A stretch of 64,000 bases of DNA from an uncultured Nitrososphaerota archaeon (GTDB taxonomy: Archaea; Thermoproteota; Nitrososphaeria; Nitrososphaerales; CADDZS01): assembly GCA_963799845.1 (NCBI GenBank), contig CAWCYI010000004.1, positions 736,001-800,000 on the forward strand, read 5' to 3'. The position numbers were made by a program, and so were the translations under genes. Each line of letters starts with the position of its first letter. The first letter of the stretch is position 1. Below the pieces are notes generated by a model that saw only the letters and a program-made list of their open reading frames with translations, had not been told where the DNA came from and ran no database searches. Of the stretch, positions 21,035 to 30,992 are shown piece after piece.

Positions 21035-22300
21035 ATGCCGGATCTAGAAATCGATAATTCGTGGACAGATAATCAAATAACTTATTTGGCTCGAATACGA
21101 TCAAAAATGTCAGAAACAGTAGCTGTCATCGGAGCAGGGTCAACCGGATCTAGCACGGCTTACCATCTCGCCAAATCCGGATTCCGCGTTGTTCTCCTAG
21201 ACCGGGGCGAGATCGGATACGGGATGACAAGCCGTTCCACCGCCGTTGTTAGAACTCATTACAGCAATGACATTGTCGCAAGGATGGCGCTATATTCTTT
21301 GAAGACATTGAGAGATTTTTCCTCAATTGGAGTCTCCGGTTTTATCAACAGTGGAATGCTAGTACTAGTTCCTGATGCCTTCAGGAAACCAGTTGAACAG
21401 AACGTTCGAATGCTAAGGGACGCAGGCATAAACGAGATTGAGCTCACAAAATCCGAGGCAACAACAATGTTTCCCGATCTTGATCTTGAGGAGTGCGACT
21501 ATTTTGCCTTTGAGCCGGAAAGTGGTTATGCCGACCCCGTGGCTACTGCAGGGGCGTACGCGTCAAAAGCTCGCGAACTTGGTGCTGAGATTTTGCTTAG
21601 GAACGAGGTCGAAAAATTAGAATTCGAAGGGGAAAAGGTCTCCAAACTTCTGTTGCAAGACGGAACCAGGATAAAATGTGCGAAGGTTATTCTCTGCACA
21701 AACGTGTGGACAAATCATCTTCTAGAACGAAGCGGAGTCCGCGAAGAGCAGCTACTTCCAATAAGAGCAGTTCCCCATCCCGTCGTGGTCTACCGCAGGC
21801 CGAGTGGATATCAAGGGAAGAGGATCATCGTCAGCGATTATTTCAACAAAGCATATTACAAACCCGAGGGCCAATCTCTTCTTTTCGGAGGGAGCATAGA
21901 CGCTTCGATCGACAATCAATCAGTCGATCCCGACAATCCTCCGGCCGATGTTCCGTTTGAGTATGTGTCGAAATATTCTGAAACGATATCCAAAAGAATA
22001 CCAGCGATGAAGGATGCGGAGTTCCATTCGAGTTACATCGGGATGTACGACACCTCTCCGGACGAACACCCGATCATTGATGACCTTTCGAGTATAGGCC
22101 TAGGCGAAGTCTATTCTTGCGTCGGACTAAGCGGCCACGGATTCAAGTTGTGCCCCGCGTTTGGAGTCATGAACACTGAAATGTTGATCGGAAAGGATCC
22201 TTCAGATCTGACATTCGATCGTTCGCTCTTCGCACTTGATCGCTTTAGAACAGGAAAACTTCTCAGAACGAGGTACGAGGGCCTAGGAAGCGTCGCCTGA
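21035..22300 (+). CDS. FAD-dependent amine oxidoreductase (DAO/sarcosine oxidase beta family)
   Basis: VIGAGSTG, YDTSPDEHPII, GLSGHGFK; true start probably ATG 21107. Confidence 0.88.
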   Translation: MPDLEIDNSWTDNQITYLARIRSKMSETVAVIGAGSTGSSTAYHLAKSGFRVVLLDRGEIGYGMTSRSTAVVRTHYSNDIVARMALYSLKTLRDFSSIGVSGFINSGMLVLVPDAFRKPVEQNVRMLRDAGINEIELTKSEATTMFPDLDLEECDYFAFEPESGYADPVATAGAYASKARELGAEILLRNEVEKLEFEGEKVSKLLLQDGTRIKCAKVILCTNVWTNHLLERSGVREEQLLPIRAVPHPVVVYRRPSGYQGKRIIVSDYFNKAYYKPEGQSLLFGGSIDASIDNQSVDPDNPPADVPFEYVSKYSETISKRIPAMKDAEFHSSYIGMYDTSPDEHPIIDDLSSIGLGEVYSCVGLSGHGFKLCPAFGVMNTEMLIGKDPSDLTFDRSLFALDRFRTGKLLRTRYEGLGSVA

Positions 22301-22336
22301 AAAGAACTGGTCAGCTTCGTAGCAAGTGGGTAACTA

Positions 22337-22657
22337 TCATACGACTATTGGACCTTTCTGCGGCGCTTCAGATTGTCGGGACTTGACGTAGGCCGAAAGG
22401 ACCGCAATTATTTCTTCTTTCGTCGCCTTTAGTGTGATCACGTCGCCGATTCCCTGAACATAAGAAATCTCAATGGGGACACGATCGTGCTGAAGGGGAA
22501 GTTTCTCGCCAATTTCGTTTTCAATTTTGTCGTTGAGTTCAACTTCTATGTGGGTGATCCTCCAGGAGTTAATGTCGCAAATTATCTCCTTTGACTTTCC
22601 TATCTTCCAGCCATTGAGTCCCACAACTTCCTTGTCCAAGAAATCTCTGCTGTGCAT
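22337..22657 (-). CDS. PRC-barrel domain protein
   Basis: LDKEVVGLNGWKIG, VQGIGDVITL. Confidence 0.8.
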   Translation of the reverse strand: MHSRDFLDKEVVGLNGWKIGKSKEIICDINSWRITHIEVELNDKIENEIGEKLPLQHDRVPIEISYVQGIGDVITLKATKEEIIAVLSAYVKSRQSEAPQKGPIVV

Positions 22658-22751
22658 GGATTCGTCTGATTAGATTTACGGGACTGTTTAAGGAGATTTT
22701 AAAGCTGTTTCAAGCCAAGGCAGCTGGAGACAGGATGTAAGATCTCCGCAG

Positions 22752-23369
22752 CTACTTCGTCACAAGATCTTTCAATCGCTCGTGGTTCCATATTTTGCCA
22801 TTGTAATGCGGATTTGAAGGACATTTTGGACAGTACGGATTCATTCCGCAAGGTGGATTCTCTTTATTCGTGTAATCGAGGTCAAGTTGTGTGATGTACG
22901 GTCTCTCCCAGGATCTGATTAATGTGAATTTGACTTCAGACACACCTTCGATTTTTTTGAGATGTTCATCCACAAGGTAATGAAACATATCATTGTCTTC
23001 GGCTGCAAAATACAGCGAGAGTGAATTGTCCCCGATGCCTGTGGAAGCGTTAATGAAAAGCGGGCACTTTTTGGCCCAGGAAATGACAAGATTTCCGGCA
23101 CTTCCTCTAACGTCGACTCTACACATCTCAATTCCTAATACGGCATAGTTTACGCCTGATGAGTCCACAAGCAAATTTCTGCGATGAAGGTTGTACAACC
23201 TCGCTGCAATCGAAGACTGGGACATTCCGAGCCGTTTTGCGAGGTCTGCTTGTGTGAGTTTTGAATCTATTTCCAACAGTGCGATGATCTTTCTATCGGT
23301 GTCGTGGCTGTTAACCCCTAATTCCCTTTCTGAGTTCACGTCGTCGGCCAGCGAACGAGCGAACGTCAT
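22752..23369 (-). CDS. Lrp/AsnC-family regulator with Cys-rich C-terminal extension
   Basis: DRKIIALLE..QADLAKRLGMSQSSIAARL; tail CGMNPYCPKC. Confidence 0.8.
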   Translation of the reverse strand: MTFARSLADDVNSERELGVNSHDTDRKIIALLEIDSKLTQADLAKRLGMSQSSIAARLYNLHRRNLLVDSSGVNYAVLGIEMCRVDVRGSAGNLVISWAKKCPLFINASTGIGDNSLSLYFAAEDNDMFHYLVDEHLKKIEGVSEVKFTLIRSWERPYITQLDLDYTNKENPPCGMNPYCPKCPSNPHYNGKIWNHERLKDLVTK

Positions 23370-23446
23370 CCGCCTTATTTACGCTATTAGGCAGTAAGAA
23401 TTTAACAATCGGCAATAGTCGAAATCTTGAAAATTAGATTTGCTTC

Positions 23447-23737
23447 CTAAGAGTTTGGCCACGATAATCTTCCGAAATAGCCTTTCATATTATCAAAAGC
23501 CTTCAAATTCACGCTGTCCGCATAAACGCACTTCGAATCTGGATTATTTCTGTCATTTGTCCAAACCGATACAAAGAAAATCTGTTTGTCCAGAGGTTCC
23601 AGATCCTGCGAGTAAACATGCATTTTTTGGGCAGCGAAGCAACGAGATCTTGCGACGTTAGGAATCTCATTTTCGCCAATGATTTTCGCTAACGCGAGAA
23701 TAGCTCTTCTTTCTCTGAGTGAAGCTTGATAATACAT
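23447..23737 (-). CDS. Hypothetical protein
   Basis: 96-aa ATG ORF, no recognised motif. Confidence 0.35.
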   Translation of the reverse strand: MYYQASLRERRAILALAKIIGENEIPNVARSRCFAAQKMHVYSQDLEPLDKQIFFVSVWTNDRNNPDSKCVYADSVNLKAFDNMKGYFGRLSWPNS

Positions 23738-23933
23738 TCTGACCTATTAACTCCGAACCAACTTGCTGCGCAGGCTTACGCAGTGATCCATCCTCGTATA
23801 TGCCTCTTTCTGAATGCTAGTCCGATTACTTAGGGCGGTTCATGTAGATAACCTAACTAATTATAGCTTCTAATGATCGGAACACGATGGATTATCGAAA
23901 AAATGACAAGAACCAACTCGAATATTTCCTGGT

Positions 23934-24185
23934 ATGTTTGAGATGACGATAGTTCATTCTCAGGAGTTATTCCCTCTCGAAAATACAATAAAAAGCCTAA
24001 TTAGCGATGGAAGGCTCTCTCTTCGAACCAGATTAATGTCATTTGAAGCGGATCACTCCTTCCTTGCAATATTCGTTGAGTGCGAATACTGTGGTGAAAT
24101 CTTCCGAGGTCCGAATGCTAAGATTATCATCGCGAGTTGCAACAGCCATATCATTGAAGCTCATAAAGCCGAGTCGACGGGGTAG
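23934..24185 (+). CDS. Small putative Zn-binding protein (CxxC...HxxxH-like)
   Basis: CEYCGEIF...CNSHIIEAH; real start may be the internal ATG (MSFEAD). Confidence 0.5.
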   Translation: MFEMTIVHSQELFPLENTIKSLISDGRLSLRTRLMSFEADHSFLAIFVECEYCGEIFRGPNAKIIIASCNSHIIEAHKAESTG

Positions 24186-24357
24186 TTTTTTGCCTAGAGA
24201 AGTTACCTCTTATTTATCGTAGCAATTTCGGAATTTGTAGTCGTCATAAGGACGCCTGTGTTCGAATTCATTGAACATGTTCCAAGCACTCTGCATTGGT
24301 ATAAAGACAACAACCCAATGGTGTATTAGGCAGGAAGTCTCTTCATTTAGTGTCCTG

Positions 24358-24492
24358 TTGGTAACTTACAATTTCTGCGAACGATGCGGCCATGATGACG
24401 AGATTGCTTACTGCTCTACCCACAGGCAATTTCTCTGTCTGACTTGCGATTGGCGACTTCATGAAACCGAGATAAAGCAGATATCGTATTAG
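24358..24492 (+). CDS. B-box-like Zn-finger microprotein
   Basis: CERC-x8-CSTH-x3-LCLTCD-x3-H; TTG start about 30 nt after a TATTA box. Confidence 0.6.
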   Translation: MVTYNFCERCGHDDEIAYCSTHRQFLCLTCDWRLHETEIKQISY

Positions 24493-24638
24493 ATCTTGAC
24501 TTGTTGCTAGTTTTCGCTCTGCACGTCCCTGTTATTGCCTCGGGAATGATACCGCGGACGGTTAACGCACTTGCCTAAATGAGTCGATCTAGTAGTAGCC
24601 CGACTGGGTAAATCGAATCTACTGCCTTGTTGTAGAAA

Positions 24639-24956
24639 TTAGGTAGGCTTTTTCACCCAGATTCCCGTGCCTTCTACCTTTACTTCGAAGGTAGGTTCGG
24701 GTTTTTGTGTAGGACCGCCAACGACGGCGCCCGTCCTGACATCGAATTTCGATCCGTGCCAAGGACACTGAATGATGTTACCGGTAAGCTTCCCTTTTCC
24801 TAACGGCCCGCCAAGATGGGTGCATTTGTTGGACAGAGCGTAAAACGATCCTTCGACATTTGCCACAAATAATTCGACTCCTCCTATTTTCACGATTTTG
24901 GTTGTCCCCTGAGGTACCTCTGAGACTTCAGCGACTTTCTCGAATTCGTCCATCAT
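24639..24956 (-). CDS. Rieske [2Fe-2S] ferredoxin
   Basis: CTH...CPWHGSKFD. Confidence 0.92.
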   Translation of the reverse strand: MMDEFEKVAEVSEVPQGTTKIVKIGGVELFVANVEGSFYALSNKCTHLGGPLGKGKLTGNIIQCPWHGSKFDVRTGAVVGGPTQKPEPTFEVKVEGTGIWVKKPT

Positions 24957-25268
24957 TGTTTCAAAACACAGCGGTAGTGATTATTTTACTGTTCCCAAAA
25001 ACACGACACTAGTCGCAAGAAAGATGGTAATAGAATCTTCTTGAAATTGATACTCGATGGTTTCTTCTTATGAAGGACCAACAATAGCTTTCAATTCGGA
25101 CTCGAGGGGTGTTCATTTGGCCTGATAAAAGCTGTTTATTGGCCAGTACATTATAATTCGAATCTCGAGCATATTTTATGAATACGCTTCAATAATTAGA
25201 TAACAATTGAACATCTTGCTCTTATATCCGAAGCTTAGATAAAGTCCTAGAAATAAAGTTCGATCACC

Positions 25269-25553
25269 ATGCTAATTTTAGACGCTTTTCTATTCAGCAT
25301 AATTCATGCGTTGCCAAGTACTTCCCTCTTTTTGGGAGAAAGAATCCTGACCGGAATCGCGGATGTCTTTGGAGGTCTGATCTTGCTCGTCATAGGCGTA
25401 CTGATCATAGTATTACTTGTGGCCGCCGCCATAGTCCTACTGCCGGCGATCATTGTCGCGGTTCTCGTGTGGTTCTTGACAGGCAGTTTCTTTTACGCGG
25501 GAATTGCCTTCCTAGTTGTCGCTCTGATAAGCCTAGTCGCAATGGCTGATTAG
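25269..25553 (+). CDS. Small hydrophobic membrane protein
   Basis: Almost entirely hydrophobic C-terminal 60 aa. Confidence 0.6.
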   Translation: MLILDAFLFSIIHALPSTSLFLGERILTGIADVFGGLILLVIGVLIIVLLVAAAIVLLPAIIVAVLVWFLTGSFFYAGIAFLVVALISLVAMAD

Positions 25554-25699
25554 AAATAGCTTATTTGGAGCATCGAACATTTCTAGTGCCGCAGGCTTCT
25601 TAAGCAAGTGCAGGCATATCCCGTACGTACCCGGTTGTCGTCACGCATGCCGATGGAGAACCTCCGGCAACGGGTTAAGAGGATTTCTTATTAAAACAA

Positions 25700-26947
25700 C
25701 TAGGATTTCAAATATTTACCAAACTCGTCAACATTCAAAGACAGATTCGTTGGCTGAGCATAGTTATCGATGGTTGCGTCCGGCTGATTTAGACCGAAAC
25801 CCGTGACGATGATCGCAACCGATTCACTGCTATCAATTATCCTGTCAGCAAGCAACTTCTTCAAAGCTGCTAGAGGTACAGCCGAAGACGGTTCTGCATA
25901 GATTGCTTCAACCTCGGATAGGAGTTTCGTAGCTTCGACGATACTTTCATCTGGTACGGCTACGCCGAGCCCATTTGTTTCTTTGAGCGCGGTGATTGCG
26001 AGATCACCATCTGGCGCCCAGTCGTCCAGAATGCTGTGAGCTATGGTTTTCGGATTTGCTATTTTCGGAATGTTTCTAGGGTCGAGATTCTTATTGAACG
26101 CTTCTACAACAGGAGCACAACCTGAAGCTTGAACTCCGACGAGTCGTGGATATTCTTCGATCAACCCCAGCTCAATTAATTCGTGAAGGCCTTTGAAATA
26201 CGCTGCAATGTTGCCCCCTCCTCCAACTGGAAGTATTATCCAGTCGGGAAGCTTGCGACCGCCCTGCTCGAATATTTCAAACACCGCAGTTTTTGCTCCT
26301 TCCTTGACATACGGATTGTATCTTGACGCAGCAGAACAGTTTTGCAACTGGAAGGCGTCGCAGACTTTCTTGGTAAATTCTAAGACATCGCCAGTACTCG
26401 CATTCGTCAGGAATACGTTCGCCCGGTACGCCAAAAGCTTGGCTAACTTAGCGTTGGAGATGCCCTGGAAGGCAAAGATGTACGATTCGATCCCCGCTTT
26501 CGCAGCATAAGCTGCGACCGAAGAACCGGCATTGCCGGCAGTGGCGGCGACAACTCGATTGTATCCATCTTCGACGGCCCTGGATATTGCAACGGCAGAT
26601 TTTCTATCTTTGAAACTGCAAGTCGGGTTCCTCGATTCGTCCTTGACAAAGAGGCTATCCATCTTCAACATCGAGCCAATCTTTTCCAGTTTGTGATATG
26701 GCGTCGACCCTTCACCCAGCGAAACATAATTAGCAGGAGATTTAACGGGAAGCAATGGGGAAAATTTCCAGATTCCTTCGGCGCCTTTAATTAGCGGCAG
26801 GGCGTGGTATTTTTCACGGATTTTCTTGTAATCATAAATTACCTCAAGAGAACCCCCGCAAGTCGTGCAGGATCTTTCAGCCAGATCTCCTGTGGCAGGA
26901 CGATCGCACCAAACACACTGCAATGAATAATCCAATTGAATGCTCAT
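25700..26947 (-). CDS. thrC: Threonine synthase-family PLP enzyme with N-terminal Zn ribbon
   Basis: CVWC..CTTC, LGEGSTP, NPTCSFKDR, PVGGGGN, AEPSSA. Confidence 0.8.
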   Translation of the reverse strand: MSIQLDYSLQCVWCDRPATGDLAERSCTTCGGSLEVIYDYKKIREKYHALPLIKGAEGIWKFSPLLPVKSPANYVSLGEGSTPYHKLEKIGSMLKMDSLFVKDESRNPTCSFKDRKSAVAISRAVEDGYNRVVAATAGNAGSSVAAYAAKAGIESYIFAFQGISNAKLAKLLAYRANVFLTNASTGDVLEFTKKVCDAFQLQNCSAASRYNPYVKEGAKTAVFEIFEQGGRKLPDWIILPVGGGGNIAAYFKGLHELIELGLIEEYPRLVGVQASGCAPVVEAFNKNLDPRNIPKIANPKTIAHSILDDWAPDGDLAITALKETNGLGVAVPDESIVEATKLLSEVEAIYAEPSSAVPLAALKKLLADRIIDSSESVAIIVTGFGLNQPDATIDNYAQPTNLSLNVDEFGKYLKS

Positions 26948-27188
26948 TGAGTTAGACTACAAATTAATGCCAACTGCCGATAAGATAAACTAAACGGCGT
27001 CCTTTCTATCCCGAATACCTTGGTTAATTGCCTTCCTGTTTGTGTAAGAAACTCACGTTATGGTGTCAAAATGTCAAAGCGTACACTGAGGTTCCGGTTC
27101 TTTTAATACGAGTTCCCATTGTTTCATAAAGAAAAAAATTCTGCCGTTTCGCAACCGCGCGTACATTTTGACGGGAGAGCTACATTCA

Positions 27189-27537
27189 AGCTCTGTTAGC
27201 TCAGAAGAGCTCGTTTCGAGAGCTCGTAACGAATTGAACGGAGGCACAAGTAAGTTGATTGAGAGATTACTCGACAATTGTCGAGTTGATCGTTTCATAT
27301 TGGATTTTCGAGGATGTTCTGGAAATTTTAACCGATATACCAGATCATTGCTCGAGAACTTTAGCCTGCAGATCTGAATTTTCTCTACGTTCTGCACAAG
27401 CGCATACTTTTTTGGCCGAAGAGCTTGTTTCAAGCCATTATAGAGAGGGGGCCCCCTAGAGGAGTTCTGCAACCGTGCACGTGTGCGCAGAAGATTGCTT
27501 TCTACCAGATCGTTTCAAGTTGTTCAATTGAAACAGC
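27189..27537. repeat. Cluster of modules of a dispersed intergenic repeat family (core AGCTCGTTTCAAG)
   Basis: AGCTCAGAAGAGCTCGTTTC 27198-27217 = 36069-36088; TGCACGTGTGCGCA 27476-27489 = rc 55184-55197; TGTTCAATTGAAACAGC 27521-27537 = rc 52711-52727. Confidence 0.75.
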
Positions 27538-27748
27538 GTGATTTAGCTATTTAGCTCAGTCAGGGCTCAAAACGGCGCGAGTTTTCATAGTCAAGAAAAA
27601 AATGTTTCAAAATGGTAGGTCTCGCTTTGAAATGGATTCGTTGTTTCAACGATAGATACTTGTCGAGATTCCCGACTCGAGCTTCCCTTGCTCACACTTT
27701 GAATAAGTTTAAGCCACTGCCAAAAACAACTAAGGGAACGGATCCAAA

Positions 27749-28909
27749 CTGACAAAAGTCTCGAAGAAAGCCGCACAGTTCACTGAATCTGTCATCAGGG
27801 AGATGACGCGCCTCGCCGGTAAGCACAAAGCGGTAAACCTCGCCCAGGGATTTCCTGACTTTCCCTGCCCTGAAGAACTAAAGATTGCCGCGGCCAGAGC
27901 GATTGACGAAGATTACAACCAGTACTCAGTTACTTGGGGTGCTCCGGTCCTCAGAGAGGCTATTTCGAAAAAGGCAAAGAAGTACAACAAGATTGATTCC
28001 GATCCGGAAAAAAACATCGTAGTGACGTGCGGCACGACCGAAGCTATGGTTTCAGCCCAGCTGGCAATCCTTGATCCCGGTGAAGAGCTGATCGTTTTCG
28101 ATCCTCATTACGAGAACTATGCGCCTGACGCGATAATCTCGGGGGCGAAACCGAAGTACTTAGAACTCGATCAGGAAAATAATTTTGCACTAGACGAGGA
28201 GAAATTGAAACAGGTCTTTAACTCAAAGACCCGTGGTATTGTGCTCAACTCGCCACTGAATCCAACTGGAAAAGTTTTCGACAAAAAAGAGCTGAACTTA
28301 ATCGCCGATCTCTGTGATGATTACGACACCATCTGCTTCACCGATGAGATTTACGAGTATATACTCTACGGCGGCGCGAAGCACATCAGCATCGGGAGCC
28401 TCCCATCAATGAAAGACAGGACCGTTACGATAAGCGGTTTCTCAAAAACCTACAGCGTCACGGGGTGGCGTGTGGGCTACATTATCGCAAACGCCGAACT
28501 TACCAACGCGATAAAGAAAGTCCACGACTTTGTTACAGTGGGCGCTCCCCATCCTCTCCAAATAGCCTGCGCCACAGCCCTTTCATTCCCACAGTCTTAC
28601 TACGACCAACTGAGGAGCGATTACGACGAGAAAAGAAAGATGCTTCTGAAATCGCTCGAATCCATTGGTTTCTCGTGCGTTGACCCCGCAGGAGCCTACT
28701 ACATCTGGTCCGACTTTTCTGAGCTAGACCGAAAATCCGATGATCTTGAATTTGCGAAGAACCTTGTGGAAGATGTCGGGGTCGCTGCGGTTCCCGGCTC
28801 CTCGTTCTATTACAAGAGCAACCATGGTAGGAAAAAAATCAGGTTCACTTTCTCGAAGAAAATGGAAACTCTGCAAAAGGCGTGCGAAAGATTAGAAAAA
28901 TTAAAGTGA
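27749..28909 (+). CDS. Class I/II PLP aminotransferase (YbdL/methionine aminotransferase-like)
   Basis: FTESVIREMTR, NLAQGFPDF, NPTGKV, DEIYE, SKTYSVTGWRVG; conserved sequence begins upstream of ATG 27803, probable CTG start at 27749. Confidence 0.88.
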   Translation: MTKVSKKAAQFTESVIREMTRLAGKHKAVNLAQGFPDFPCPEELKIAAARAIDEDYNQYSVTWGAPVLREAISKKAKKYNKIDSDPEKNIVVTCGTTEAMVSAQLAILDPGEELIVFDPHYENYAPDAIISGAKPKYLELDQENNFALDEEKLKQVFNSKTRGIVLNSPLNPTGKVFDKKELNLIADLCDDYDTICFTDEIYEYILYGGAKHISIGSLPSMKDRTVTISGFSKTYSVTGWRVGYIIANAELTNAIKKVHDFVTVGAPHPLQIACATALSFPQSYYDQLRSDYDEKRKMLLKSLESIGFSCVDPAGAYYIWSDFSELDRKSDDLEFAKNLVEDVGVAAVPGSSFYYKSNHGRKKIRFTFSKKMETLQKACERLEKLK

Positions 28910-28972
28910 ATTATTTTTGTTCCTGCGCTAAAATTTGAGGTGAGTATCAGAAACGGACAAAAAAGATTGAGT

Positions 28973-29017
28973 GAAAAAAGAAGAAAAGGATGGAGTTGGC
29001 CGAATTTGCCAAACTCC
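28973..29017 (-). terminator. Hairpin plus pyrimidine tract downstream of the DUF4382 gene
   Basis: GGAGTTGGC-loop-GCCAAACTCC at 28992-29017, followed on the minus strand by a T/C tract. Confidence 0.5.
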
Positions 29018-29040
29018 GATTGAATTCTGTCGTGTACTGC

Positions 29041-30434
29041 TTATTGTCCAGAGGTAGTTGTTGTAGTTGTACTGGTGTCTGTTGTTGTTGCTGATGTCGT
29101 TGTGGTGTCGGTCGAGGATGTTGAGGATGTAGTTGTGCTTCCGGTCGAAGTTGTTGCAGACGTTGTGGTGGCGTCAGTTGTGGATGAGGTTCCCGATGTG
29201 GTTGTTGCGCTCGTCTGACTCGAGGTGCTGCTCGAAGTCGAAGTTGCCGAGCTAGTAGATGTTACGTGCGCAGTAGTCGAACTGGAAGTTGTGGTCGCAG
29301 ATCCGCTCGCCGTTACTGCCATCTGCGCGTGTTCTCCGCTTCCGAGAACGGTTACTATGTACTTCTGTCCCGCAACAATGCCGTGAGTAGGAGTATGTCC
29401 CTGCAACAGTGCGAGTGCTCCTATCGTGACCCCTCCATTGTAGGTGAACGTTGCGCTAGATCCCGGCGCCAGTGCGAATCCCGACAGTGCTAGAGTCTGG
29501 ACGGTTCCTTGCTTGGTCGATGCAGATAGTGCAAGTAGATTTCCGTTCGGCGCTACGACGAAGAACTCTGAAATCTTGGATACAGGTCCGAGTGCGGTAC
29601 TGGTACCCATCCGCCGCTTGGAGTGGACGTCGAGGTGACTGCGACCATCCGGAAGATGATTGTCGCATTTCCGGTGTTATCCACTGATACGCTGACAGAG
29701 TTCGGGCCGAGACTTGCTCCAGTGAGCTGGAACCTCGTCATGTACCATATCGCTGCAGATACTCTGTTATTGTAGTCGTTTCTGTCGCCTACGTGTGGAT
29801 GATTTGCGATGGAGTTTGCTGGTAATGTGTATCCAGTAGCCGCTGGGATGAAGGCGAATGTTGGATCAGTGGTGTTCCCCAATAGAAGAACCGTCGGGGT
29901 CATGTCGATCATTGCTCCGGTCGTCTGTCCGTCGCTGATGACTATTCCTCCTGGGATCCAAACGTATAGTGTGTGCTCCTGGTAGACAAGATCTGCCGTG
30001 TAGTTGGTTCCTTGGAATGTGACAACCGCCGAGGTCACGTTGAATCTCAGTCCGTTGAACTTTCCAGAGGTGATGTTGGTTGAGGCAATGGTCTGGCTCT
30101 CGTTGACTATGCTCATGAGGTTGATTTCGCCCGATGTTTGCAGGTCCGTCCAACCCGTTTGGTTACCCGCGTCGGCGAAGTGGACTTCGATGCTGCTGTA
30201 GTTGATGTAGACTGCTGTTACGCCATCCGGCACTGTTGGTGGGTCCGTCATCAGAACCGCCAAAGTCCCGGATCCGCTCGGTGCATTCGCGCTGGAACTG
30301 CTAGTACTTATCGAAGTGCTAGAAGTTGAACCCTTGTTCACAAGTCCAGGCGTGAACACTACCGCGCCTATCAGCGCCACCGCAATAATAGCTGCGAGGA
30401 CGCCAGATACGATTACTTTGTTTTTCGTAGACAT
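29041..30434 (-). CDS. DUF4382-domain surface protein with Ser/Thr-rich tail, frameshift near 29595
   Basis: N-terminal TM; GTLAVLMTDPP..VTAVYINYSSIEVH motif; ORFs 29553-30434 and 29041-29610 join. Confidence 0.75.
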
Positions 30435-30842
30435 GGTATTTCGTTCACTTGACTCACAGATATTCCACGTTTGTATTAGAAACAGCGTTCTTGAACGGTA
30501 TGTTCAAGCAGTGCCCCTTGTGTTCAAGTTGTTGAACATGCAATTTCGTGCGGGGCCAGCGATTGGATTGACCTTAAACCTAAAGATATAGAAAACACAT
30601 CAGTACCGGTAGGAGCGAAGATTATTCGACGTTTTTCGAGCTCATAGCGAATAACGATATAACCCGTCCCGACGACCTGAATCTGATTGCCTTGGCTCTT
30701 ACTTGATCGGGGCTTGCTTTTCGTTCATTTACTAGTTACCATTGATTCATTAAGGTAGGAACGACCTACTACCATTGTTTTTCACACGTTTACGAACGAT
30801 CGCCTAACAATCATTGACCCGAAATCGTTCGGCAAAGGTCGA

Positions 30843-30992
30843 TTATTCCAATGCCTGGAGGTGGTCGTCTAACCACTTTCGTGTATAATCGCTGAACGAC
30901 ATACCTGCAACTTTTGCTCTTTGTTTGAAGGTCTCTTCTTCTTTTTCGGTCAGAGGGAACGCGACGAAACGCCTCCCCGTTTTCTTATGCAT
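30843..30992 (-). CDS. Ribbon-helix-helix-like microprotein (49 aa)
   Basis: Manual translation MHKKTGRRFVAFPLTEKEEETFKQRAKVAGMSFSDYTRKWLDDHLQALE; beta strand-helix-GMSxSDY-helix pattern. Confidence 0.6.
   Translation of the reverse strand: MHKKTGRRFVAFPLTEKEEETFKQRAKVAGMSFSDYTRKWLDDHLQALE

Noticed and set aside
27074-27472. ORFs 27074-27472, 27168-27377 and 27259-27459 (likewise 36098-36364, 54950-55207, 62497-62737) as genes
   Set aside because: No motifs; they overlap or abut the non-coding repeat family in inconsistent frames
29045-29300. Tandem DNA repeat (also 1360-1560)
   Set aside because: Low-complexity coding for Ser/Thr-rich linkers
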